Positions 49,962 through 59,260 of a stretch of DNA of 64,000 bases are shown here, in pieces; positions within the stretch are counted from its first letter, which is position 1, and each line of letters starts with the position of its first letter. The DNA is taken from assembly GCA_016703785.1 (NCBI GenBank), contig JADJBM010000017.1, positions 484 through 64,483 on the forward strand. The letters run 5' to 3'. A model generated the notes under the pieces. That model had not been told where the DNA came from and searched no databases. It was given only the letters and a program-made list of their open reading frames with translations. Made by a program: the position numbers and the translations under genes. Source of the DNA: Betaproteobacteria bacterium (GTDB taxonomy: Bacteria > Pseudomonadota > Gammaproteobacteria > Burkholderiales > Rhodocyclaceae).

Positions 49962-50738
49962 ATGTCGAGAGTCCTGGTCATGCTGGTGCTTGCCGCGTGC
50001 GTGCAGCCAGCCTTCGCCGAAGCGGTCAAGGGCGTCCTTCAGTCCGGCGCGATCGAAGTGCCCTACGAGGTGGCGCGGCCCGAGGGCAAGGGGCCCTTCC
50101 CGCCGCTGCTCTACATCCACGCCAAGCGTGGCTACGACGAGATCGACCGCGCGCACATCGAACAACTGGCTGCGCAGGGCTTCCTCGTGCTGGCGCCGGA
50201 CTGGCAGAGCGGGCATTTCATCGAGCGCTGGCCCGACCGGCATTACCCCGAGACGGAAGCGGATGTGGAGGCGGCGCTGGATGTGCTGTTGAAGCGCTCC
50301 GACGTTTGCCGGATGCCGGCCGGCATCGTCGGCGTCTCGCGCGGCGGCTATTACGCCTTGCGCCTGGCGGCGAAGCGACCCGAGGCGGTGGCCGCCATCG
50401 CCACGTACTACGGCCATTTCCAGAATCCGAACGCGCCGGAAGGCCAGCAGTTGTTCAGCGTCGCGCCCGAAGTGAAGGACCTCAAGGCGCCGCTGTTGCA
50501 GATCATCGGCGATGCGGATTTCGAACTGCGCCGCATGAACAACGGCCGTGCCTTCTATTCGCTGGTCGAGCGCGGCGCGACGGTCGAGATCCAGATGTAT
50601 CCGATGGCGCGGCGCGCCTTCGATTTCCGCAACGATGCGACGCCGGAGGAGAAGATTGCCGCACGCCACGCGCGCGCGCGCGTCAGGGCCTGGCTGGTGC
50701 GACACATGCGGCTTGGCGTCGACGGGCGCTGCAAGTAG
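49962..50738 (+). CDS. Secreted dienelactone-hydrolase-like alpha/beta hydrolase
   Basis: GGAGGAGG lies upstream of ATG 49962. Signal MSRVLVMLVLAACVQPAFA. Further sequences are PPLLYIHAKRGYDE, FLVLAPDW, IVGVSRGGYYA and LLQIIGDADF. Confidence 0.65.
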   Translation: MSRVLVMLVLAACVQPAFAEAVKGVLQSGAIEVPYEVARPEGKGPFPPLLYIHAKRGYDEIDRAHIEQLAAQGFLVLAPDWQSGHFIERWPDRHYPETEADVEAALDVLLKRSDVCRMPAGIVGVSRGGYYALRLAAKRPEAVAAIATYYGHFQNPNAPEGQQLFSVAPEVKDLKAPLLQIIGDADFELRRMNNGRAFYSLVERGATVEIQMYPMARRAFDFRNDATPEEKIAARHARARVRAWLVRHMRLGVDGRCK

Positions 50739-50753
50739 TCCGGCAGCGTGGTG

Positions 50754-50786
50754 AAAGTCAGCCGCCGTGGTACGGCGGCTGACTTT
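50754..50786. terminator. Bidirectional terminator hairpin between convergent genes
   Basis: aaagtcagccgccg tggta cggcggctgacttt is a perfect 14-bp stem. Confidence 0.75.
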
Positions 50787-50797
50787 GCAATCCGTGC

Positions 50798-51499
50798 TTA
50801 CTTGACCTGCGCCAGCTTCTGCTCGAGCTGGGCAAGGGGAATGGCGCCGGGAATGCGCTCGCCATTGGTGAAGAAGAGCGTCGGCGTGCCGCGAATGTTG
50901 TACTTCTGGGCGAGCGCCAACACCTTCTCGATGGGTGCGTCGCAGGTGCCGGCGGCGGGCACGATGCCGTTCACCATGAGGTCGCTCCACGCCTTGCTGC
51001 GGTCGGCTGCGCACCACACCGCCCGCGATTTGTCAGCGGAATCGCGCGACAGGATGGGCAGCAGGAAGGTGTAGATCGTGACGTTGTTCATGCCCGCCAT
51101 GTCCTTCGCCAGCTTCTTGCAATAGCCGCAGTTCGGGTCCTCGAAGGTGGCGAAGACGCGCTTTCCGTCGCCCTTGACCGTCTTCACGGCAAGCTCCAGC
51201 GGCAGGTCGGCGAAATTGATGGCGGAGAGCTTGTTCAGGCGCTCCTGGGTGAGGTTGATGCGCTTCTTGGCATCGATGATGTTGCCGGTGATGATGTAGT
51301 TCACCTTTTCGTCGGTGTAGAGGATGTCGCCGCCGACCACCACCTCGTAGAGGCCGAGGATATTGGTCTTGCGCACGGCTTCGGGTTTTGCGCCGACCGC
51401 AGCTTCGACGGCCTGCCTGATCTTGGCTTCGTCGGCGTGGGCGGCGCCGGCGGCGAGCAGCAGGGCGACAAGGGCGCGCGTGATGAGGTTCTTGATCAT
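50798..51499 (-). CDS. dsbC: Thiol:disulfide interchange protein DsbC
   Basis: Signal peptide, an N-terminal dimerisation region, FEDPNCGYCKKL (the CGYC active site) and GTPTLFFTNG (the cis-Pro loop). Confidence 0.85.
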   Translation of the reverse strand: MIKNLITRALVALLLAAGAAHADEAKIRQAVEAAVGAKPEAVRKTNILGLYEVVVGGDILYTDEKVNYIITGNIIDAKKRINLTQERLNKLSAINFADLPLELAVKTVKGDGKRVFATFEDPNCGYCKKLAKDMAGMNNVTIYTFLLPILSRDSADKSRAVWCAADRSKAWSDLMVNGIVPAAGTCDAPIEKVLALAQKYNIRGTPTLFFTNGERIPGAIPLAQLEQKLAQVK

Positions 51500-51515
51500 G
51501 ATGTCTCCGGTGGGG

Positions 51516-52700
51516 TTAGCCGAGCGCGTAGCGCACCAGCATGTTGCGTACGACAGGCAGGTTGTCGGTGAGGTTCAATCCGAGGTTGCGAAGAGCGGAA
51601 AAGGCCGGGTGCTGCGGCCTGAACAGCCGTTGCAGTCCATGTGTCGTCCATTGTAGCAGGGCAACCTCCTCGGCCCGGGCGCGCGCGTAGCGCCGCAGCG
51701 CCCGCTCGTCGCCGCAGTCGCGGTATTCGGGCAGTTCGAGCAGGGCGCGTGACAGTTCGCGCGCATCGAGAAAGCCGAGGTTGATGCCATGGCCGGAAAG
51801 CGGGTGGATGGCGTGGGCGGCGTCGCCGACGAGCGCCAGACGCTTCGCGACGATGCGCGGCGTGCGCATCATCCGCAGCGGAAAGGCCGTCGGCGGTGTG
51901 AGCGGCGTTAGCGCGCCGAGCCGGTTCGCACCTGCTGCGGCAATGCGGCGGCAGAGGCCTTCCGCATCCAGCCCGAGCAGTTCGCGGGCATGGGCTTCCG
52001 GCGTCGACCAGACGACGGAGATGCGCTGGCCCGGCAGGGGCAGCCAGGCCAGTACTCCGTCAGGGCGAAACCACTGGAAGGCGGTGTTGTGGTGCGGTTG
52101 CGCGCATTCGAAATTGGCCACGACGCCCATTTCGCCATAGAGCAGGGTGTCGGCCTGCAGCCCGGCCTGCGCGCGCACCCAGGAGTCGGCGCCGTCGGCG
52201 CCCACCACCAGCGCCGCCTCCAGCGTTTCGCCGGAAGTCAGTACCCCAGAAGCAGATGCGGGCACTAGTCTCAGCGATACGGCGTCCGCGCGGATGTCCA
52301 GCTGCTGCGGCTGCGCCGGACAGAACAGCGTGATGTTGCCCTGGCGCTTGACGGTTTCCCACAGCTCGCGCTGCATGAGGCCGGATTCGACGATCCAGGC
52401 AAGCTGGTCGACGCCGCTGTCGTAGGCGGAAAAATTCAGCCGCCCGTCGGCATCGCCGCGGATGTCCATGTCGTAGACGGGCGTGAGGCGGTCGGGGTCG
52501 AGATGCGGCCACGCGCCGATCTCCTGGAGAAAGCCCTGCGCTGCGGGACTGACGGCATAGATGCGGCTGTCCCAGCCGGAGGGTGCCGGCGCGGGCGCCC
52601 GGCCCTCGACGAGGGCAATGCGATAGCGGCTGCCCTTGAAGGCGGCAGCCAGGCTGGCGCCGGCGAGGCCGGCCCCGACGATGATGATGTCGAAACGCAA
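51516..52700 (-). CDS. UbiH/UbiF/VisC/COQ6-family FAD-dependent ubiquinone biosynthesis hydroxylase
   Basis: FDIIIVGAGLAGASLA (the GxGxxG motif), LVVGADGADSWVR, LALVGDAAHAIHPLSGHGINLG. Confidence 0.85.
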   Translation of the reverse strand: MRFDIIIVGAGLAGASLAAAFKGSRYRIALVEGRAPAPAPSGWDSRIYAVSPAAQGFLQEIGAWPHLDPDRLTPVYDMDIRGDADGRLNFSAYDSGVDQLAWIVESGLMQRELWETVKRQGNITLFCPAQPQQLDIRADAVSLRLVPASASGVLTSGETLEAALVVGADGADSWVRAQAGLQADTLLYGEMGVVANFECAQPHHNTAFQWFRPDGVLAWLPLPGQRISVVWSTPEAHARELLGLDAEGLCRRIAAAGANRLGALTPLTPPTAFPLRMMRTPRIVAKRLALVGDAAHAIHPLSGHGINLGFLDARELSRALLELPEYRDCGDERALRRYARARAEEVALLQWTTHGLQRLFRPQHPAFSALRNLGLNLTDNLPVVRNMLVRYALG

Positions 52701-52796
52701 TTTTTACTCTGGAAAAGATCGATTCTGCATTGTGACGCTACGCGGCCAACCTTGACAAGGCTTTGCTGCACAACGATAATTCGCCCCCTTCCCAGT

Positions 52797-52873
<77 letters not shown>

Positions 52874-52948
52874 TCTTCCCTTTCGAAGCCAGGATTCTGG
52901 CAAAGCAAAGCTATAATCAAGGCGTTCATCCATTGCCAGAGGCCAGGC

Positions 52949-53605
52949 ATGCGCACTTTCGCCTTTCTGCTGGGTTGCGTACTGACGTCGATGGCCGCGG
53001 CGGACGCTACGCCGGCGCGCATCGAGGGGCCCGCTGTCAAGGTCGGCGACACCTGGATCTACAACAGGCTGGATGGCTGGAACAACGTGCTGCAGGACAT
53101 CTCGCTTGTCCGCGTCAAGGGGGTTGGGGCCGAGGGGATACTCATGGAGGCGAGCGCCCTCGACGGCAGCAATATTGCCCGCATTCGGCGTACGCCCGAC
53201 TTCAACCTGGTGCGCATCGAGGCGTCGCGCTTCACGAAGACCACGCTGCCCTACTACCCAAACTTTTCTTTCCCCCTATGGGTGGGCAAGACCTGGAAGG
53301 CCAAGGTCGCCTTTGCAAGCACGGACCAGCCCGGCAAGTCAGTCAGGGCAGACCTGGAGGCGCGCGTGGTCGGATTCGAGAGCGTTACGGTGCCGGCCGG
53401 GACCTTCTTCGCGCTGAAAATCGAACTCGGCGGCCCTTATCGGGCAAGCAACCTTGAAGGCAACTGGACCGGGCACATCGAGGACACCCTCTGGTACGCG
53501 CCCGAGGCGCGCAATGCCGTGCGCTACGAATACAAGGACACCAGCGGCACTTCCCTGTACAACCACGAGATCCACGAACTGGTGCGCTATTGGCTCGTTC
53601 CCTGA
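52949..53605 (+). CDS. Secreted hypothetical protein (218 aa)
   Basis: Signal MRTFAFLLGCVLTSMAAADA. Beta-rich. Its stop abuts the convergent gene within a cctgatcaggg palindrome. Confidence 0.55.
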   Translation: MRTFAFLLGCVLTSMAAADATPARIEGPAVKVGDTWIYNRLDGWNNVLQDISLVRVKGVGAEGILMEASALDGSNIARIRRTPDFNLVRIEASRFTKTTLPYYPNFSFPLWVGKTWKAKVAFASTDQPGKSVRADLEARVVGFESVTVPAGTFFALKIELGGPYRASNLEGNWTGHIEDTLWYAPEARNAVRYEYKDTSGTSLYNHEIHELVRYWLVP

Positions 53606-54259
53606 TCAGGGCACGTGCTTGATGTAGGTTGTCGCTTCGATGTGGCCCGGAACGCGCTCGAGGACCTGCGCATACAGTTCCTTGGCCTTGCGAGTGCGCT
53701 TCAGAGCGGCTTCGGCGCGCGCCCAGTAAACCAGCAGCGTTGCGTCCGTCGGGTAGCGCGCAGAAACCTCGGCGGCATGCTTCGCCAGATCCTCCCAGCG
53801 CGAAAGCGCCTCCTCGCTGATCATGATGCGGACATGGGCCGTGTAATTCCACGGGCTGTCTGCGAGCACCTTCCTGCCGCCCTGGATGACGTCATTCCAG
53901 CGGTAGAGCGCCATCTGAGGCAGCATTGCGCCGAGTCTGGCCTCGATCGAGCGCGGGTTGACTTCCAGCGCCCGCAGGTAACGCTTCTCGGCCTCTGCGT
54001 ACTTGCCCTGAAGGTGCAGCAGCCAGGCGCTGCGCAAGATGGCGAATTCATTGACCGGCTGGCGATTGGCTAATGGCTCGATGAGCGCGAGCGCCTCGGC
54101 GTGCTTGCCGGTGTACTCGAGCCGGTAAGACTCCGACCAGAGGTTTTGCTGCGCGCCAATGGCGGGGGCCATGAGCAATGCGGCCAGCACAACGGTAGTA
54201 CGGACAAACCAGCATTGTGTCGTCATGGTGCATCTCCTTTGCTTGAATCGGGCTGCCAT
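53606..54259 (-). CDS. Periplasmic TPR-repeat protein, last gene of the ATP-grasp operon
   Basis: Signal FVRTTVVLAALLMAPAIGAQQ. TPR-like GKYAEAEKRYLRALEVNPRSIEARLG. The start may be Met 54226. It begins 1 nt after the upstream stop. Confidence 0.6.
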   Translation of the reverse strand: MAARFKQRRCTMTTQCWFVRTTVVLAALLMAPAIGAQQNLWSESYRLEYTGKHAEALALIEPLANRQPVNEFAILRSAWLLHLQGKYAEAEKRYLRALEVNPRSIEARLGAMLPQMALYRWNDVIQGGRKVLADSPWNYTAHVRIMISEEALSRWEDLAKHAAEVSARYPTDATLLVYWARAEAALKRTRKAKELYAQVLERVPGHIEATTYIKHVP

Positions 54260-54260
54260 T

Positions 54261-56381
54261 TCATTCGGTGACCATCAGTTCGGCTTCCCAGCTGATCCCG
54301 GGTGCATCCAGGTGCAGGCGCCGTATGCCGAGCTCAGGAGCGATCCAGGCCCGGGTTTCGCAGCGCCAGACAAGGCCGGGGGCCAGTTGCAGGTCGTGGT
54401 CGCCTTCCTGCAGCCAGGCGCCGCTTGCCTCATCCCACCTGCGGCGGTAAGCGCTGTCGCAGCTGGCGCCGAGCGGATGTAGCAGGATGCAGAGCAGGTG
54501 CTGTGCGGCGGGCAAGGGCAGCAGGCGCGCAGGCGGGCGATCCCGCCATTGGTCGGCTACGGCCGAGAGCGGCGTCAGTCCCACGGCGAGCAGCCATAGG
54601 TCGAGCATCGGATCTCGCCGCGCATTCCGGTCATAGAAGCCGAGCACGGCGGCAGTTTCCTCAAAGGCGGCCGAGGCGCCCTTGCCCGTTTCCAGGCGAG
54701 ACTGTCCGAGCAAGGTCAGCTTGGTGCGCAGCGTCACACGCTCGGTTTCGCTACCGGATCTTCTCAGGGTGTAAGTCAGGCAGCGGTCCCGTGAAAGGCG
54801 TATGGCGGTCGCCAGGCGATCGTCGCTCAGGGCGGCACTAACCGCCTCGCTCTGACCAGGCAGGTGGTAGAGGCGGAACTCGCGCGCATTCCGAGCGTTG
54901 CGAACCAGGACATTGGTGAGGTGGAAAGGCAGCGTTGGGCTGCCCAACTCGTCGTTTCGCTGCACCTGCAGATGCAGGTGCGGAAAGGGCGATCGCCCGG
55001 AACTGCCGCAGACCGAGACCTGCTGTCCGGCCGCCACCCATTCACCGATGCGCACTTTCATGCTGCCGCGTCTGAGGTGGGCGAGCAGCACATGAAGGCT
55101 GCCCGAGCGCAGCAGAACGAAGTTTCCCCAGTTGTTGGCGACATCGATTTCCCCAGGCAGGGTATCGGCCAGATCGTCGCGCAAGCGCACGACCTGGCCG
55201 GCAATCGGGGCCAGAACGGGTGCGCCGAAGCAGAAATAATCCTCGCGCAAGGCACCGCTGCCGCCATGATTGCTTCCGTCTGCGGCAATGTCGAAATCCA
55301 GGGCATGCTGCCAGGGCTGTTTATGCGTTTCCGGCCCATTGAAACCCTGCGTGACGCGCCACTCGCCGTGGAAGGGAGGCCGCAAGGGCAGGCTGTCCGT
55401 CCCGCCACCGCGGGCCTCAGCCAGCCGCGCTCTCTCGAGGTTGGCTTCCGGCGAGACGGGATGCTCCAGCATGAGAGCAGGCTGGCTGGGTGCCAGGCGC
55501 GCGCCCAGGGTGCCGAGCAACAGGTAGGCGACCCCCAGGAAGGGCATGGTCAGCAAGGGAAGATACAGTGGATGCAACAGCACTTCGAGGACGATCGTCA
55601 GCCAGCCCGTCAGTGCGCTGCCGGCCAGCGCCAGCAGGAAACTGCCCCGACCCGGAACGGAGAAGAATCCGCCCAGCGCCATGGCTGCCAGGGAGAAATT
55701 GAAGCCGATCGGCGTTGCATCCCCGCCGCCGAGCAGATGCACGGTGAGCATTCCAACCGCATAGCCGGCGGCGGCCAGCAAGGCCAGATAGCGGGATGCC
55801 GCCAGGATGCCGGCGAAGACGAGCACGCCTGCTGCGGGATATGGAATCAGCAGAAGCCAGCCGAGGGAAATGAAAAAACTGTCCAGCATCGGCCAGGGCA
55901 GGAGCGGATCGCCCCTCGCCAGGGCTCCGACCGGCAGCGCAGAGGGGGCATGGACCTGCCAGGCCAGGAAGACCGCCCAGCAGGCGAGCACGAAGGGCAG
56001 GCTGAGCAAGGGCAGGCGTGCGGATTTCCAGAACAGGCCGGCCAGCCAATAGGCAAGCAGGGTGGAGAGTAGTGCGGCCAGGATGATCCAGAGGAAATAG
56101 GGGATATCGATGGAGTGGAAGGCGCCAATGACCAACCCGCACAGCAGACCATTGACCAGATGCAGCCTGCCGCTGGACTGGAGCTGGAAGACCCTTGCCC
56201 AGACGATTGCGGCGACCAGGCCCGTCAAGCCGCCCAATGCGGCACGCGGCGTCCACCAGGTGAGCGCGGCGAACCAGGCGCCGATCCAGGGCGAGTGGCA
56301 AAAAAATACGGCGGCATAGGTCTTGGCCAGGGAACGACCCCAATGCACGAGTGAAGACTGCTTTGACAACGCTGGATTCAT
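54261..56381 (-). CDS. Polytopic membrane domain (urea-transporter-like, tentative) fused to M23 metallopeptidase domain plus C-terminal extension
   Basis: About 330 aa with 9-10 hydrophobic segments. The M23 core follows: HALDFDIAADG...APVLAPIAGQVV...NFVLLRSGSLHVLLAHLRRGSMKVRIGEWVAAGQQVSVCGSSGRSPFPHLHLQVQ. The start ATG 56381 overlaps the upstream stop (ATGA). Confidence 0.65.
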   Translation of the reverse strand: MNPALSKQSSLVHWGRSLAKTYAAVFFCHSPWIGAWFAALTWWTPRAALGGLTGLVAAIVWARVFQLQSSGRLHLVNGLLCGLVIGAFHSIDIPYFLWIILAALLSTLLAYWLAGLFWKSARLPLLSLPFVLACWAVFLAWQVHAPSALPVGALARGDPLLPWPMLDSFFISLGWLLLIPYPAAGVLVFAGILAASRYLALLAAAGYAVGMLTVHLLGGGDATPIGFNFSLAAMALGGFFSVPGRGSFLLALAGSALTGWLTIVLEVLLHPLYLPLLTMPFLGVAYLLLGTLGARLAPSQPALMLEHPVSPEANLERARLAEARGGGTDSLPLRPPFHGEWRVTQGFNGPETHKQPWQHALDFDIAADGSNHGGSGALREDYFCFGAPVLAPIAGQVVRLRDDLADTLPGEIDVANNWGNFVLLRSGSLHVLLAHLRRGSMKVRIGEWVAAGQQVSVCGSSGRSPFPHLHLQVQRNDELGSPTLPFHLTNVLVRNARNAREFRLYHLPGQSEAVSAALSDDRLATAIRLSRDRCLTYTLRRSGSETERVTLRTKLTLLGQSRLETGKGASAAFEETAAVLGFYDRNARRDPMLDLWLLAVGLTPLSAVADQWRDRPPARLLPLPAAQHLLCILLHPLGASCDSAYRRRWDEASGAWLQEGDHDLQLAPGLVWRCETRAWIAPELGIRRLHLDAPGISWEAELMVTE

Positions 56382-57770
56382 CGCGCCGTGGCCGTATCCG
56401 GGAAGGGCGTGCGCAGCGCATCCGGCATGCATTCGAGATCGGTCAGGGTCTGCAGGCTCTCAGCGAGCCGGATGGGCGCGACCGAACCGTCCTGCAGGAC
56501 CATCACAACGGCAGGCCGGCTCTGGATGAACTGCGTCCATTGCGTGTTGTTGTAGGCGCCGGCGCAGGACACCAGCAGGGCGTCGCCGACATTGAGCGGC
56601 GGCAGCATCACGGAGGCGCGCACGGTATCGATGTTCATGCACAGCGGCCCGTACAGGACGGTTTCTTCGGCGAGGCCTTCGGCCGGCAGCACGGGGCGCA
56701 CATCGTGGTTGTACCAGTAGGCGGTGAACAGGAGGTTGACGCCTGCATCGAGAATCGCGGCGCGACGCCCGTCCGGCAGGCGCTTGCCGCCAACAACGCG
56801 GGTGACCAGCACTTCTGCATCGTCCACGAGTGCGCGGCCGGTTTCGAGAACCAGCACGGGCAGGGGCTTTCGAGCGCGGCCCGGCCGCGCGTGGCCTCCG
56901 GTCAAGGCGTCCACGATGGCTTCGGCGTATTGCTCGAAACTGGGAACAACCTGATCGGGCGGCAGATAGAGTCCTTGCAGGGCATTCCGGGATGCGAAGC
57001 CGCCGCCGAGGTCCAGATATTCGATGCGGCAGCCGGTTTCGCGTTCCGAAGGCTTCCATGAAGTCGGCCATGATGCGTGCCTGCTGGGCGTATGCGCGCA
57101 CGTCCAGCACAAAAGTGCCGATGTGGCTGTGCAGACCGGTCAATTGCAGCCACTGGCTGGCATCGATGCGCCTGACTGCGTCCATCGCGGCGCCGGATTC
57201 GATATTGAAGCCGAAGCGGCTCCACGGTTCCGTATAGCCGGTGTCGAAATTCAGCTTCAGGCCGACCGCTACCTGCTTGCCCAGGCGCTGCGCGACCTGT
57301 TCCACCGAAAACAGCTCGTCCAGATGATCCAGATGGATCGCCGCGCCTTCGAGAATGGCCCGCTCCAGGGCGGCGACGGGTTTCCAGGGGCCGTTGAATA
57401 TGATGCGCGAGCCCGGTACACCGAGTGCCCGCGCCTTGTCATATTCCAGTTCCGACACCACTTCTGCCCAGGAACCCTCCTGATGCAGGGCATTGCATAC
57501 CGCACCGAGATAATTCGTCTTGTACGACCAGCCGTGGCGTACTTTAGGCCACCGGGTGGAAAAGGCGCGCTTCAGGTGGCGGACATTTTCGCGCAGTCGT
57601 TTCTCGGAGACGATGAACAGGGGAGAGCCGTACGCTTCGAGTAGCGGGGCGATTGGCACGCCGTCGAGTTCCGACTGATGCAACTTGGGGCGCGGCGCGC
57701 CGAACTTGTTCATCCCGCCGGAACGGTGGGGGGTGAGGACGGGCTTGCTCCAGGGCGCGCGCTGCGTCAT
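56378..57770 (-). CDS. PLP-dependent decarboxylase (fold-type III, DapDC/ODC-like), one frameshift near 57050
   Basis: ORFs 56460..57770 and 56378..57112 join. Sequences include GSPLFIVSEKRLRENVRHLKRAF, WSYKTNYLGAVC, LTGLHSHIGT, YLDLGGGF, ETGRALV, YGPLCMNID and AGAYN. Confidence 0.75.
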
Positions 57771-58843
57771 GACTGCTCACTTTCCAGTGCGGATCGACCT
57801 TCAACCATAAGCGACTCGAATGAAGAGAGCGGGACGAGGGTTTCCTGTGCATAGCGTATGAACAGCAGGCCGGGCCGCGGCGGTGCCAACGGGAGGGGTT
57901 CTTCTCCGAGCGCTAGTGCCAGCAGCATCGCTGGCAGGTTGCGCCCGACGCCCTGCGAAAGATAGATCCAGGCGGGGAAGCGCGGATTGATCTCGATCAG
58001 TTGATAGACGCCCTGGTTGTCGCGCATGACTTCGATCTCGATGGGGCCTTTCCACTTCAGCGCGGCGACCAGGCGCTGCGCGGCCGAGGACAGTTCTTCG
58101 TCATGAATGGAAATGCCCGCCCAGGCCTTGCCGCGGCTGGTGGTGGCGCGCTTTTTCATCATGACTTCGCCGAGCAGCGCTCCCTTGCCGTCTCCGATGC
58201 CAGCCAGATTGCATTCCTCGCCCGAGATGCGCCGCTGCACCAACACCGGCAATCCCCATTCCGCTGCGATTGCGCGAAAGGCAACCTCCGCCTCTTCCCT
58301 GTTGGCAGCTATCCGGGCGTCGTAGAAAACGCCCTTGACGACCAACGGGAAAGGCCAGCCCTTGCGATCGCAGTCACGGAAGAAATCGGCATGGGTGACC
58401 GGGAGGGTTTCCGGACTTGCCGTTCCCGCCTCGTGGGCCAGTTCGGCCAATCGGTCCTTTGTCCGCTTGGCCAATTGCTCGCGGCTGGGCAAATAGCTCC
58501 GGATGCCAAGTTCATCAAGCCGTGGCGCCATATTCACCAGCAGTGGCAATTCAGCATCGAGGCAGGGCAGCAGGAAGTCGATGCGCTCGACTTCGTGGAT
58601 TTCAGCCAAACGGTCAAACAGGGCATCCGTCCCGCTGCCCGGATAGGAAATCAGATGGGCGCTGTCGCAATATTCCCGTCGGTGCAAACCAGGATCCAGC
58701 GCATCGTAGCCGAGCCCGATGATGCGGAGGCGCTCGCCGTAGGCTTCGCGGAGGCAGCGCGCCACTGCTAGGCCGGCACCCGGATTGTCCGCCACAGCAT
58801 TCATGCCCGTGATGGCGACGGTGAGCCGCTCGTCTCGCTTCAT
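57767..58843 (-). CDS. ATP-grasp domain protein
   Basis: Start at Met 58843 (MKRDERLTVAITGMN). Sequences include FPLVVKGVFYDA, VLVQRRISGEE and IEINPRFPAWIYL. It overlaps both neighbouring genes by 4 nt. Confidence 0.75.
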   Translation of the reverse strand: MKRDERLTVAITGMNAVADNPGAGLAVARCLREAYGERLRIIGLGYDALDPGLHRREYCDSAHLISYPGSGTDALFDRLAEIHEVERIDFLLPCLDAELPLLVNMAPRLDELGIRSYLPSREQLAKRTKDRLAELAHEAGTASPETLPVTHADFFRDCDRKGWPFPLVVKGVFYDARIAANREEAEVAFRAIAAEWGLPVLVQRRISGEECNLAGIGDGKGALLGEVMMKKRATTSRGKAWAGISIHDEELSSAAQRLVAALKWKGPIEIEVMRDNQGVYQLIEINPRFPAWIYLSQGVGRNLPAMLLALALGEEPLPLAPPRPGLLFIRYAQETLVPLSSFESLMVEGRSALESEQS

Positions 58844-59121
58844 CGGAAGGTATTGCGCAGCAGGTTGGCGAACTCGATGATGTCGCGTTCGGCAGCCAAG
58901 ACGTCCACATCGAACGCCTCGCACAGGGAAGCAACGATGCGAATGAGGTCCGATTCCTGCTGGAGCCGCCGCAAAATGGCCAAGCCTGAGCCATTTACGG
59001 TAAAGCTGTTGCCAGACACAGGATCGAAGACGAACCCGCTGTCGCTGAGTGCCAGTCGCTTTAAGACGTCCGACTTGGGCAGTTCGAGCGAGTGGCCCTG
59101 CCTTGCTGGAATATTATCCAT
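58840..59121 (-). CDS. PqqD-family-like small protein (peptide-chaperone fold, tentative)
   Basis: GGAGG lies 5 nt upstream of ATG 59121. Sequence: SDSGFVFDPVSGNSFTVNGSGLAILRRLQQESDLIRIVASLCEAFDVDVLAAERDIIEFANLLRN. Confidence 0.5.
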   Translation of the reverse strand: MDNIPARQGHSLELPKSDVLKRLALSDSGFVFDPVSGNSFTVNGSGLAILRRLQQESDLIRIVASLCEAFDVDVLAAERDIIEFANLLRNTFR

Positions 59122-59260
59122 AAGCCTCCTCCCGATAAGGCTATTCTGCTTGGTGCCGGGAAACAATAGCGCATCATTTATGCGCAGCGGCTAGAATTAT
59201 GTCGATTAATCGATGTGAATGCACGGAAGAAGGCCTTCTTCCGGATTGCCGGACTGACCG

